Shown: positions 39,713 through 50,117, counted from the first letter of the stretch. The stretch is 64,000 nt of DNA from Bdellovibrionales bacterium (GCA_965262715.1 OZ253553.1:2720001-2784000), one strand, 5' to 3'. The notes: a model not told the origin generated them from the sequence alone. A program made the numbers and translations.

Positions 39713-41462
39713 GCCTGATATTCGCCCTGATCATCTTAAGATTGTGCAAGACATTTTGAATAAGAGCCTTTCAAGTGATATAAAGGTGTGGGTTTATGGT
39801 AGTCGTGCCAAGTGGACCACTCTTGATTCTTCTGATTTGGATTTAGCTTTAGAGAGCAAAGACAAAATTGATTATGAAGTGATGAATCGCTTAAACTGTG
39901 ATTTTGAAGAAAGCAATTTGCCTTATGAAGTGGACGTTGTAGATATAAATACAGTGCAGCTTTTTTTTAGAGATATTATCAATAAAGACAAAGTTTTATT
40001 AGATCGTTATACTTCGATGAAAGGAAAGAAGACTATTCCAAAAGGTTGGCAAGAAGTAAGATTAGGTGATGTTATTTTTGTAAATCCATTGGAGGTAATT
40101 CCAAAAGATAATACTAGAAAAAAAGTCTTAATGGATGATTTAACTCCTTTTAGAAAGAAAATTTCTAATTATACTAATGACATATATAAAGGAGGATCAA
40201 GATTCAGAAATGGAGATACTTTATTAGCTAGAATAACACCTTGCTTAGAAAATGGAAAAACAGCTTTTGTTGATGTTCTAGAAAAAGATGAAGTAGGATT
40301 CGGTTCGACAGAATTTATTGTTATGAGAAGTAAGCCACATTTAACTGATAAGCATTTTTTATTTTACCTTGCTATCTCTCCTTACTTCAGAAATCTAGCC
40401 ATTAAATCTATGACAGGTTCTTCAGGAAGGCAGAGGGTTCAGACTGACGAAATTATGAATATTAAAGTTTTTTTACCACCACTTCCAGAGCAGAAAGCAA
40501 TTGCAGAAATATTATCAAGTTTAGATGACAAGATAGAGCAAAATCAAAATATGAATAAGATATTGGAGGAGATGGCACAAGCTATTTTCAAGTCATGGTT
40601 TGTTGATTTTGATCCTATTTATGCAAAAAGGATGGCTTTAGAAGCAGGATTAGCAGGAGGTCAAGCTGAACGAGCAGCAATGGCAGTGATTGCTGGAGTG
40701 TGTAGTCCTAAGCAATTTGCAGAGAATTTCAGGCAGATGGATCGTAGCTTAGGTGAAAAGTTCTTTAAGATAAATGAAAGTGCGAAGTATGAATTAATTT
40801 ATAAGGCGTCATTATTTCCAAGTGAGTTTGTAGATAGCAAACTTGGTCTCATCCCAAAGAGCTGGAATATTTGCAAAATTGGAGAAAAAATTGATTTTAA
40901 TCCGACAACTCTTTTAAAAAAAGGAACAGCTGCAAATTATGTTGATATGAAGTCATTACCAACTTCTGGACATAGAATCAAACAAGTTGTAAGGAGAATA
41001 TTTAAATCAGGAACTAAATTTCAAAATGGTGATACTCTAATAGCTCGTATTACGCCATATTTAGAAAATGGAAAAACAGCTTATGTGGATCGTTTGGAAA
41101 ATGAAGAAGTAGCATGGGGATCAACAGAGTTTATTGTAATGAGGTCAAAAAAAGATGTATTTGGTATCTGGACATATTTGCTTAGTAGAAATGATGATTT
41201 TAGACGTTTCGCTATATCTAATATGTCTGGAACAAGTGGGAGACAAAGAGTTTCAGCAGATCTCTTATCTCAATATGAAATACCATTGGCAAGCATTAAG
41301 ATTTTAAGTAATTTCAATAGGGTAGTCACATCATTTTTTGAAAAAATGAAAAAGAATAGTGTTGAAAGTTCCTATCTTGAAGGTTGTCGAGACATTTTAT
41401 TGCCTAAGCTTTTATCAGGAGAGATTGATATCTCCAAAATCAAAACAAAGGAAAAATTATGA
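39705..41462 (+). CDS. hsdS: MNT nucleotidyltransferase fused to a type I specificity subunit
   Basis: VYGSRA..SDLDL..YEVDVVD (~100 aa), then IPKGW, two TRDs, LPPLPEQKAIA and RDILLPKLLSGEI. Confidence 0.9.
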   Translation: MSKPDIRPDHLKIVQDILNKSLSSDIKVWVYGSRAKWTTLDSSDLDLALESKDKIDYEVMNRLNCDFEESNLPYEVDVVDINTVQLFFRDIINKDKVLLDRYTSMKGKKTIPKGWQEVRLGDVIFVNPLEVIPKDNTRKKVLMDDLTPFRKKISNYTNDIYKGGSRFRNGDTLLARITPCLENGKTAFVDVLEKDEVGFGSTEFIVMRSKPHLTDKHFLFYLAISPYFRNLAIKSMTGSSGRQRVQTDEIMNIKVFLPPLPEQKAIAEILSSLDDKIEQNQNMNKILEEMAQAIFKSWFVDFDPIYAKRMALEAGLAGGQAERAAMAVIAGVCSPKQFAENFRQMDRSLGEKFFKINESAKYELIYKASLFPSEFVDSKLGLIPKSWNICKIGEKIDFNPTTLLKKGTAANYVDMKSLPTSGHRIKQVVRRIFKSGTKFQNGDTLIARITPYLENGKTAYVDRLENEEVAWGSTEFIVMRSKKDVFGIWTYLLSRNDDFRRFAISNMSGTSGRQRVSADLLSQYEIPLASIKILSNFNRVVTSFFEKMKKNSVESSYLEGCRDILLPKLLSGEIDISKIKTKEKL

Positions 41463-42502
41463 ATACTCTTGAATATAGATGCCCAATATGGAGTAACTCA
41501 AATGAACAACAAACACTTGATGCTAAGAGTTCATATAATAAAGATAAAAGGTGGTATGAGGTGGATTCACCAAGAGCTGGAGGTAAATATCGCATTTTAT
41601 GTGAAGCTGAGAAGAAGCTTAATCCCTCACTTGGAGATTCAGGTAATACAGATGATATTACACATCAAATAAGTTATGGTTTTAGAGCAAAGCTTACTAC
41701 ATGGCTTATTGAACAAAGAAAACAAGGAGATAAAAGCCCTTTAATTACTGATGAAGTATTAGAACAGATCCATAGTAAAAAAGACATTCCTATACAAGAA
41801 AGAATTAATAATGTTTTAAAATATATCTACGAAAAAAATCAGGAACATAAAAATAAATATTCACACTTTGATGAAATTCCTATAAATGTTGATGAGCTAA
41901 AAGCCTATGCCGAATGTGCCAATAATGATGATTTGCAGATCATACTCGATTATTTGAAACAAAACCAACTTATCAACATAGATGATAATCAACGTATAGA
42001 ACAGTTCTTAGAGATTACTTTGAATGTTAAAGGACTAGAAAGATTAGAATCTCTTGAAACCAATAAAGACAGCAGACAAGCTTTTGTTGCCATGTGGTTT
42101 GATGAAAGCATGAATAATATTTATGATAAAGCCATACAGCCGGCTATTGAAGAATTGGGTTATCAGGCGATGAGGATTGATAAAAAAGAGCATAACAACA
42201 AAATTGATGATGAGATCATAGCAGAAATTAAAAGATCAAAGTTTCTAATTGCTGATTTTTCTTATGGTAAGGATGGCATAAGAGGAGGTGTTTATTACGA
42301 AGCTGGTTTTGCTCACGGCTTAGGTATTCCGGTTATTTTCACTTGCCGTGAAGGAGATGAAAATAAATTACATTTTAACACTCGTCAATTCAAGCATCTT
42401 CTTTGGAAAGATGCAGAAGATTTAAAAAAGCAGCTAAAAGATCATATAGGAGCAACCCTTGGTGATGGCCCATTAAAATCAATAAATTACAAGCCTAAGT
42501 AA
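41459..42502 (+). CDS. Putative defence protein with C-terminal nucleoside 2-deoxyribosyltransferase/TIR-like domain
   Basis: AFVAMWF..RID..IDDEI..IADF..GGVYYEAGFAHGLGIPVIFTC; ATGA overlap with hsdS. Confidence 0.7.
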   Translation: MNTLEYRCPIWSNSNEQQTLDAKSSYNKDKRWYEVDSPRAGGKYRILCEAEKKLNPSLGDSGNTDDITHQISYGFRAKLTTWLIEQRKQGDKSPLITDEVLEQIHSKKDIPIQERINNVLKYIYEKNQEHKNKYSHFDEIPINVDELKAYAECANNDDLQIILDYLKQNQLINIDDNQRIEQFLEITLNVKGLERLESLETNKDSRQAFVAMWFDESMNNIYDKAIQPAIEELGYQAMRIDKKEHNNKIDDEIIAEIKRSKFLIADFSYGKDGIRGGVYYEAGFAHGLGIPVIFTCREGDENKLHFNTRQFKHLLWKDAEDLKKQLKDHIGATLGDGPLKSINYKPK

Positions 42503-42603
42503 AGCGAATTTCTGCTCCTCTTTCATGTAATTAGTTGATTTTATCAGTTCAAAATTTATAAATTAAAAATAATTAAGAGATTCTAAGTTTATATCTGATA
42601 GGA

Positions 42604-45600
42604 ATGAATATGTTTAAGAAACTTTTTAATTCATCATCGTCATCACCTCAAAAGCTTTGTACTCAAACCACTTTAACAGAAAAAAACAATATGCGATCTC
42701 AACTTATAAAAGCTGTTTCTGAAATACTTCCAACACATTACATTTCTGAAGAAACACTTCAATCATGGCTGGAAAAGTTAGGAGCTTCAAAAGCATTAAA
42801 GCTATTGAAGCAAAAGCTACCAGAAGATAAAAAAAAGAATTCCGGTGATCTGGGGGAAATCTTAGCCACAGAATATGTAAATCATGAGCTGGAATATGAA
42901 GTGCCTATTAAAAAACTAAGATGGAAAGACTCACGAGAACAATCACTCCGTGGAGATGATCTTATTGGCTTTATTGATAAAGAAAATGTTTTAAAAATTT
43001 TAAAAGGTGAAGTTAAAAGCAGTGTTTATATAACACTATCCATTATAAAAAAGCTAGAGAAACAATTAAATTCTAATGAGGGAAGACCAAATCGACACTC
43101 AATCCTCTTTATAACTGAAAGGCTTCGTGAACTAGGAAACACACCTCTTGCAAATAAAATAGAGAGAATTATTGCTGAAGAGAGTATAAAGCGAGAAAAT
43201 ATTGAACATCTAGGATTTACTTTTTCGGGAAATTGTCCAAAAGAAATTCATTTAAAAAGTCTTAATAAATATAATGGTACAATTAAACGAATTTTTGTCG
43301 GTTTACATATTAGAGATCATCAAGATTTTATCAAGACAGTTTACCAAGAAGCTGTAACAGAAAAACCAATAAGACAGATAGTAAATAGAGAAATGAAAGA
43401 TGAAGAAAAACATCTGTCTTTAGAAGAACTGACTAAACCTGAATTTCGTGGACGTTTACTTGCAAGGGGCTTGGCCCGTGGAATGATATGGAAAGATGGT
43501 CGATCGCCAGAAGATGGGCCTAAATTTTCTAAAGAATTAACTGAAGATTTATTAGATTACGGATATGCTCTGTTTTCCATTGGACTAAAAAAACTAGAAT
43601 CCGAAACTGACAAGACTCTCTTAAAGAAAACTTTTCTTATAGCTGGTGAATCTATTGAGTCTGTTGTAAGAAAAGGTAACCCATTAGACCCTTATCGAGG
43701 TTATCATACTGTTGCATCTGCTATAGCATTTCATTTAGCAGGTTATTCTGCTCGTTCATACTGTATGATACCAGAAGATTTTAAAACATCATTAAATATC
43801 TCACATATTGAACTTGGTCTGATATATTTGTTACGTAGAGATTTATTCCAACTAAGAACATGGATTGAGGAAGTTTTTAATAAAGATACTTCATTTAAAG
43901 GAGACGATGAAGTTTCAAATGATGATCTCATACAACAATTTGCAATAGAAAATAACTTTTTGTCTGCTATGGCTTATTTAGAATTTGCTTTACAAACGGG
44001 TGATAACTCATTGATAGAAAATGCCTTTTCAAAATTAGATAATGGTATTTCTGTATCAAAAGATTTTTCTCACGTTCCAATGTGGTGGCAGAATTTTATA
44101 ACTAAATTCTTAGTAAAAGACTTGTGGAAACACACACTGCATGAAGTTATACCAAAAGGGCAAGAAACTAAATGGAATCAACTAAGACAGCTTTTTATTT
44201 CACTACTATATATGCGTGAAAAATCAGAGGTTGACCTTTGGCCCTCTCAACTTGAAGCAGGCAAACGATGTGTTGATGAAAAAGATGACCTTGTAGCGAC
44301 TTTACCTACGAGTGCGGGGAAAACTCGTATTGCTGAAATGTGTATTTTAAGAACTCTTTCACTTGAAAAAAGAGTCATTTATATTACACCGTTGAGAGCT
44401 TTATCAGCACAGACAGAACAAACTCTATCTGATACCTTTACTCCATTAGGCTTTACAGTTTCATCTCTTTATGGTGCTATTGGATCAACAAAAACTGATA
44501 TAGATACACTTAAAAGTCAAAATATCGTTGTATCCACTCCAGAAAAGTTAAGCTTTGCTCTTAAAAACGATCCTCAGATTTTAAATGATGTTGGGTTAGT
44601 CATCTTTGATGAGGCTCATACCCTCGGCTTGAATGAAAGAGAAATCAATTATGAAATTCTTATTCAGAAAATATTAAAGCGAAAAGATGCTGACAATCGT
44701 CGATTGGCTTGCCTTTCTGCGATGTTTCCTCAAGGACAAGAATTAAATAATTTTTTAAGTTGGATTCGACAAGACCAACCAGGTGAAGCTATTCAATCTG
44801 ATTGGAAACCTACACGTCAAAGATTTGGAGTTATTGAATGGAAAGACACTTATGCTCGCTTAGATTTTACAGTGGATTCGGAAAAACCATTTATTCCCAA
44901 ATTTATAGAAGGAAAACCTCCAAAATCAAGAAAAGGAAACTTTTTTCCTCAAAATAAAAATAAACTAGTTTTAGTTTCTGCATGGAAACAAGTCAGTGAA
45001 GGTCACAGAGTATTAATATATTGCCCACAACGTAGATCAGTAGAAGCCCTCGCAAAACTAGCTTTAGATTTGTGTAATAAAGACCATTTACAATCATTGA
45101 TTGAAAGTACTGAAACATCATCAAAGAGTTTAATTGATGATACCATTCAATCTGGAAAAGAATGGTTAGGTGAAGATCATATTGCTATTACATGTCTTAA
45201 ATTAGGTATAGCTGTGCATCATGCCGGATTGCCAAGGCCTTTTTTACATTCAATAGAAAGACTTATCAGGAAAAATATTTGTAAGATTATTATATCTTCA
45301 CCAACTTTAGCTCAAGGATTAAATTTATCTGCAAGTTGTCTTATTGTACACTCAATATACCGTAAAGGAAAGCCCGTGCCAAAAAAAGAATTTTTAAATG
45401 TTATTGGTAGGGTAGGAAGGGCTTTTATAGATATTGATGGGATTATATTATTTCCAGTTTATGAATCTGACAAAAGAAAAAGAGATAAACAAATTCTAGA
45501 ATGGAGACAACTTACAAGCTCTCAAATAGAAAATATTCAAAGTGGACTTTTTCTTTTGGTTGAGAAACTCATTACTCTTATTTCAAAGTACAGAGGATAC

Positions 45601-46860
45601 AGTAAAGACAATCTGCTGGAATACCTTTTTTCAAATCAAGAAATATGGAAAATTCCCACTCGTAATATATCAGAAGACGACGTAGAAAATTGGCCAAAAT
45701 ATCTATCCTATCTTGACTCAGCTATTCTTTCTTTAGCAGATGACTTAGATGCCAATGTTGACAAGATATCTCAAATTTTAGATAACATTTTAAAAGGTTC
45801 ACTTTGGCAACGTCAAATGAATTTAATATCTGAAGGAGATCAAAGACTTCATCAAGAGATACTCAGACAAAGAGCTTCCTGGATTTGGGCCCATACAAAC
45901 TCTAAAGAACGTAGGGGATATTTTGCTGCTGGTGTTGGCTTAGAGTGTGGAAAGTATATTGATAATAATGAAGAAATGATCAGAAATCTTATAAATGCTG
46001 AAGATTATATACAATCAAGAGAAAAAGAAAAGTTTCTAGAAGCCATAATAAATTTTGCTGACTTGGCTTTCCAACAACCTTCTTTCAAACCTTATAAATA
46101 TTGTGATTGTTGGCAAGATGTATTGAAAGAATGGCTCTTAGGTAAACCTGTATCAGAGATTATCCAAATAGGTGGAAAAGAGACAGTTCCTTTTATTCAA
46201 GATGCATTGATCTATAAGTTAGTCTGGGCAATAGAGGCTGTATTCAATCAATCCAAACATACAAAAAAATTCAAAGATATACGACCTAAAAAAATCACAG
46301 ATATAAAAACTGAAAATTCAATTTTTAATGATACACTAGATAGTTTATTAAATGATATGGACTTTACAGATATTGAAATCAAAGACATTTCTTTAGCTAT
46401 AGAATGTGGCTCTCTCAATTTGTCTGAATGCACTCTTATCAAGGCAGGTTTAAATTCAAGAGTTGTAGCAAGAGAAGCTGTCAGAAAAGAACAAGGAAGA
46501 TTTCAAGATCATGATAGTATGAGGGCATGGTTAAAAGAACTACCTCGCGATGAAAACTGGCCAACTCCAGAAACAGCAAAGGAATGGAAAAAATTCATCG
46601 AGAGAACTTCTGAAAAAGAAAAGAAACTTGAAATCAAAACATGGGAAGCTTCATGCAAATGGTCAGATCAGCTTGATAGAATTCCTCAAGTTGACTGCAA
46701 ATTAAGAGTCAAAGTATCAAGAAAAAACCTCTCTATTTACTCTCCTGATTTTAAGCTCCTAGGAAATATCTCTAACAATAGAGATGATATTTCGACATCT
46801 GCAAATATTTGGGCTACTGTTATTTCTGAAGACAAGCTTGAGATTACACATATTGGATAA
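42604..46860 (+). CDS. Hachiman-like HamA (DUF1837 nuclease) - HamB (Ski2-like DEAH helicase) fusion
   Basis: SGDLGEILA..KLRWKD..RGDD..KGEVKS, then LPTSAGKT, DEAH, HHAGL, TLAQGLN, GRVGR. Confidence 0.8.
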   Translation: MNMFKKLFNSSSSSPQKLCTQTTLTEKNNMRSQLIKAVSEILPTHYISEETLQSWLEKLGASKALKLLKQKLPEDKKKNSGDLGEILATEYVNHELEYEVPIKKLRWKDSREQSLRGDDLIGFIDKENVLKILKGEVKSSVYITLSIIKKLEKQLNSNEGRPNRHSILFITERLRELGNTPLANKIERIIAEESIKRENIEHLGFTFSGNCPKEIHLKSLNKYNGTIKRIFVGLHIRDHQDFIKTVYQEAVTEKPIRQIVNREMKDEEKHLSLEELTKPEFRGRLLARGLARGMIWKDGRSPEDGPKFSKELTEDLLDYGYALFSIGLKKLESETDKTLLKKTFLIAGESIESVVRKGNPLDPYRGYHTVASAIAFHLAGYSARSYCMIPEDFKTSLNISHIELGLIYLLRRDLFQLRTWIEEVFNKDTSFKGDDEVSNDDLIQQFAIENNFLSAMAYLEFALQTGDNSLIENAFSKLDNGISVSKDFSHVPMWWQNFITKFLVKDLWKHTLHEVIPKGQETKWNQLRQLFISLLYMREKSEVDLWPSQLEAGKRCVDEKDDLVATLPTSAGKTRIAEMCILRTLSLEKRVIYITPLRALSAQTEQTLSDTFTPLGFTVSSLYGAIGSTKTDIDTLKSQNIVVSTPEKLSFALKNDPQILNDVGLVIFDEAHTLGLNEREINYEILIQKILKRKDADNRRLACLSAMFPQGQELNNFLSWIRQDQPGEAIQSDWKPTRQRFGVIEWKDTYARLDFTVDSEKPFIPKFIEGKPPKSRKGNFFPQNKNKLVLVSAWKQVSEGHRVLIYCPQRRSVEALAKLALDLCNKDHLQSLIESTETSSKSLIDDTIQSGKEWLGEDHIAITCLKLGIAVHHAGLPRPFLHSIERLIRKNICKIIISSPTLAQGLNLSASCLIVHSIYRKGKPVPKKEFLNVIGRVGRAFIDIDGIILFPVYESDKRKRDKQILEWRQLTSSQIENIQSGLFLLVEKLITLISKYRGYSKDNLLEYLFSNQEIWKIPTRNISEDDVENWPKYLSYLDSAILSLADDLDANVDKISQILDNILKGSLWQRQMNLISEGDQRLHQEILRQRASWIWAHTNSKERRGYFAAGVGLECGKYIDNNEEMIRNLINAEDYIQSREKEKFLEAIINFADLAFQQPSFKPYKYCDCWQDVLKEWLLGKPVSEIIQIGGKETVPFIQDALIYKLVWAIEAVFNQSKHTKKFKDIRPKKITDIKTENSIFNDTLDSLLNDMDFTDIEIKDISLAIECGSLNLSECTLIKAGLNSRVVAREAVRKEQGRFQDHDSMRAWLKELPRDENWPTPETAKEWKKFIERTSEKEKKLEIKTWEASCKWSDQLDRIPQVDCKLRVKVSRKNLSIYSPDFKLLGNISNNRDDISTSANIWATVISEDKLEITHIG

Positions 46861-47143
46861 AAGCCTAATATTAATAAAAGGGTTACAGTGTAAACAATTA
46901 AAGATATCTTTTAGAACATTATCTGTTTAGTTTGAATATTTGATATTCCCTTCTCATAGTAAGTCTGGATTTGTTAATTAGCTCGAATTCTTCATTGATA
47001 TTTTCTTTTTTTGTGATTCTCAAAATTGAAACTAATTTTAACTTTTCAAGCACACCATTCCATTTGACATTGATTTATAAAAGAAGTAAATGAAGGGCTT
47101 AAATCATCTGTTTTAAGTAATTTTAAAGAGGAGAAAAAGAATT

Positions 47144-47937
47144 ATGGATGGAAATGAAAATAATTGGCAATGTCCTTATTGTGGATGTTTCCAGCTGCTT
47201 AGTAGTAATTTGAGGAAAAAAGAAACTCATGAATTAACTTCTATGAGCAAATATGGCCAAATTGGAGTTCGATTGCTTAGTATTCTTGCTTAAGTTGCAA
47301 AGAATTGACTCTTAAAATTGATTTAGCTAACAGTAAGACTTATTCAAGTCGTCCTATAGGCCATTCAGTTATTAACCGTTGCTTGGAAGATTCTATTAAA
47401 TCGTGGTCTTTGATGCCTGATTCTAGGGCTAAACCTCAACCAGATTATATTCCTAGACATGTTGTAGTAGACTATGAAGAAGCTTGTAAAATCGCTGACT
47501 TGAGTCCCAGGGCTTCTGCCATGCTTGCTAGACGATGTTTGGAAGGTATGATTAAAGACTTTTGTAAAATTAAAAGTTCAAGAACTCTGGCTAAAATGAT
47601 AGATCAAATACGGGAAAAGGCTACCACTGAAATGAAAGAAGTTACAGAAGAATCAATAGAAGCTATTGAGTATATAAGAAAACAAGGTAATATAGCGGCA
47701 CATATACAAAAACCAACAAATGAAATGATAGATGACATAAATAAAGAAGATTCTGATTTATTGATTAAGCTTTTAGAAATGTTATTTGAGGACTGGTATA
47801 TTGCTAGTCATAAGAAGAAAGAAAGGCTAGAAAAAATAAAAAAGCCAAAAGAAAACACTACTTCTTCTACAACCAAGCCTACAAAAAAAAAGAATGAGTT
47901 GATTCAGATCTCTCAGAGTCAAACAGCTAATAAATAA
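47144..47937 (+). pseudogene. DUF4145 (HEPN-like) protein with Zn ribbon, frameshifted at ~47283
   Basis: WQCPYC after an AGAGGAG RBS; then DYEEA..SPRASA..RRCLEGMI..RKQGNIAAH in another frame (47305-47937). Confidence 0.7.
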
Positions 47938-48050
47938 GTTATGAGTCTTAAAAAAATTTGAAGTTTTCTTATTTACAGTTTGGTTTGTGGCATTATTGAG
48001 ATAATGTTACAAAGAATCATCTACAGAGAAGAAAACATTAGAGGTACAGA

Positions 48051-48260
48051 GTGAACATCTTTATATTTATGTTTTTTTTAATTATTTCTTTAATTATATT
48101 CTTTATTTTTACTGTTTTGGTCATGATAAGCTATGCTAAAACAGCAGTAGTTTTTTTATTTGATTTTTTAAAAAATGATTTTTACCAGGAAGATAAGGGT
48201 AAAACACTGAAGTATTTTAACAAGCTTAAAGAACACCAAGATTGGAACTTTAAAGCTTAA
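48051..48260 (+). CDS. Small hydrophobic hypothetical protein
   Basis: 69-aa ORF, AGAGG before GTG. Confidence 0.4.
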   Translation: MNIFIFMFFLIISLIIFFIFTVLVMISYAKTAVVFLFDFLKNDFYQEDKGKTLKYFNKLKEHQDWNFKA

Positions 48261-48321
48261 CAGGTTAGATGAAGCGCGTTTTATGGTGATTGGCGATTTG
48301 TCTTTATACTATAAGGATTGA

Positions 48322-48927
48322 TTGTTTATGATATGGGAGTTTTTTAAATGTTTTTGGGAATATTTAAAAAGTACAGCTTGGTTTTGGCAAACAATAGCAA
48401 CTCTTGCTATCCCTTTATATTTTATATGGAGAGATCGAAAGCTTAAAAAAGATCAACTGAGGTATATATCAGAAGTGATCTCTAATTTTATTGAGCAGCA
48501 TAAGAAAGAAGATAGTGGAGATATTTATAAAGACCATGAGCTTTTAAGAAATAAAGATTCTAATGTAAGAGATGCAATGGTTAAACAAGCAAATTTTAAT
48601 TCTTTTTTAGATCGGTTAGATGGTATTTTAAAAAATAGAGCATTTAATATAGATTATAAAATATCTTTTATTTTAGAAGAGTTTTTAAGAACTGCTAGAT
48701 TTACTTTTGATACTTATACAAATTGGTTTATGTACAAAAATATGGGCCATGCTCAACCACCGCCTCAAAGTATAGAACAAATTGGACTTCCTGACCTGTT
48801 GCCCATTGATTTTTATAAGCCTTATATAGGAACGTTGGAACAAATACAAAACGAATATCTGATTGAAAAAACTTTATGGCAAAAGATAAAAAAGCTTTTA
48901 GAAGAACTAAAGCGGACTATCTTTTAA
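48322..48927 (+). CDS. Hypothetical protein with N-terminal TM; fragments of paralogues at ~21820-21905 and ~49695-49870
   Basis: ORF track plus visible DNA homology. Confidence 0.65.
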   Translation: MFMIWEFFKCFWEYLKSTAWFWQTIATLAIPLYFIWRDRKLKKDQLRYISEVISNFIEQHKKEDSGDIYKDHELLRNKDSNVRDAMVKQANFNSFLDRLDGILKNRAFNIDYKISFILEEFLRTARFTFDTYTNWFMYKNMGHAQPPPQSIEQIGLPDLLPIDFYKPYIGTLEQIQNEYLIEKTLWQKIKKLLEELKRTIF

Positions 48928-49388
48928 ACCACTTGAGATAAAAAATTTTCTAGTAGTGAAGATGAAGGTGATGATTTGATATTGTTCCATGTCTTATTCA
49001 TTCTATCTGAATTAAACTCTTTAAAGAGGCATGCATATTTCTTCAGTCTCTCTATATCTTCTTTTGAAAAGAGGGCTTCATTAAAATTCTCTTTAGGTCG
49101 ATAATCTTCTCGAATGAGATTATTTTTTTTATTGGTTCTTGGGATTATTTCAATCTTTTGATATAAATCTTCATTATGTTGTTCTGTCATTTCTTTAAAA
49201 ACCTTGTGTTGAGGTCCGTATCTTCCAGAGCTGTATTCGCTATTATTTTTTATAAACTCTTTTATTTCTTTAACTGGTCTAGCACCAAAATCAAAATAGA
49301 AAAGAAGGCAATAAAGTTTTGTTCTATGACAATGCATTGTATTTTTGATAAAATAAATTGCAATATGGATCATTTTTTCATTATCCAT
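48924..49388 (-). CDS. Panacea/DUF4065 (SocA-like) antitoxin, possibly degenerate
   Basis: IYF..TKLYCLLFYFDF..YGP pattern. Confidence 0.55.
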   Translation of the reverse strand: MDNEKMIHIAIYFIKNTMHCHRTKLYCLLFYFDFGARPVKEIKEFIKNNSEYSSGRYGPQHKVFKEMTEQHNEDLYQKIEIIPRTNKKNNLIREDYRPKENFNEALFSKEDIERLKKYACLFKEFNSDRMNKTWNNIKSSPSSSLLENFLSQVV

Positions 49389-49415
49389 TAATACCCCTTC
49401 TTGTTTTTATATAGA

Positions 49416-49465
49416 CGTAACTTCAAATAGCAAATGCAACACTTTTGAATTTATAGATACTTTTG
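49416..49465. mobile_element. Diverged solo IS30 end
   Basis: CGTAACTTCAAATAGCAAATGCAAC. Confidence 0.7.
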
Positions 49466-49899
49466 ACTAATAAGCTATTTTCAGCTGGAATAAACAGAGA
49501 TCGGAGAATATGAAGTATTTCTAAATATCTTAATGGTATGGTTTTAGTGGGAGTTTTTAAGTCTAAACAGAGAAAAGTCTAGAGTCTATAAATAAGATTA
49601 TTGACAGTATTGCATTAAGAACTCAAAGCTTAGAAATCTAGATAGAGTATGTTTTAGTGATTTGTTATTTTCATATATGAGGATTTATTACTGATGATAT
49701 GGGAGTTTTTTAAATGTTTTTGGGAATATTTTAAAAATACAGCTTGGTTTTGGCAAATAATGGCAACTGCTGCTATTCCTTTCTATTTCATGTACAGAGA
49801 TCAAAAACTTAAAAAAGCTCAACTGAAGCATATATCAGAAGTAGTCTCTAATTTTATTGAGTAGCATCAAATTTGATTAATAACTCAAGTGGTATTTTC

Positions 49900-50106
49900 T
49901 TAAGAACACTTATTTAATGAAATTTCTAATGTTCCGTCATCAAGAAATTTAACTTCAATATCTTTCTTTGAATCACCTTTCTTAAATAAGACAAAATCTG
50001 CTTCTTTAAGACCTATTTCCATTAGAGAACCCCTGAATTTTATACCATAGTCTTTGGCTTTTGCGGCTATTTCTTTTATTTGATGTTCAAGGTCATTTTT
50101 TGCCAT
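49900..50106 (-). CDS. Small hypothetical protein directly downstream of Rpn
   Basis: 68 aa, AAAGGGG RBS. Confidence 0.6.
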   Translation of the reverse strand: MAKNDLEHQIKEIAAKAKDYGIKFRGSLMEIGLKEADFVLFKKGDSKKDIEVKFLDDGTLEISLNKCS

Positions 50107-50117
50107 ATTTTCCCCTT

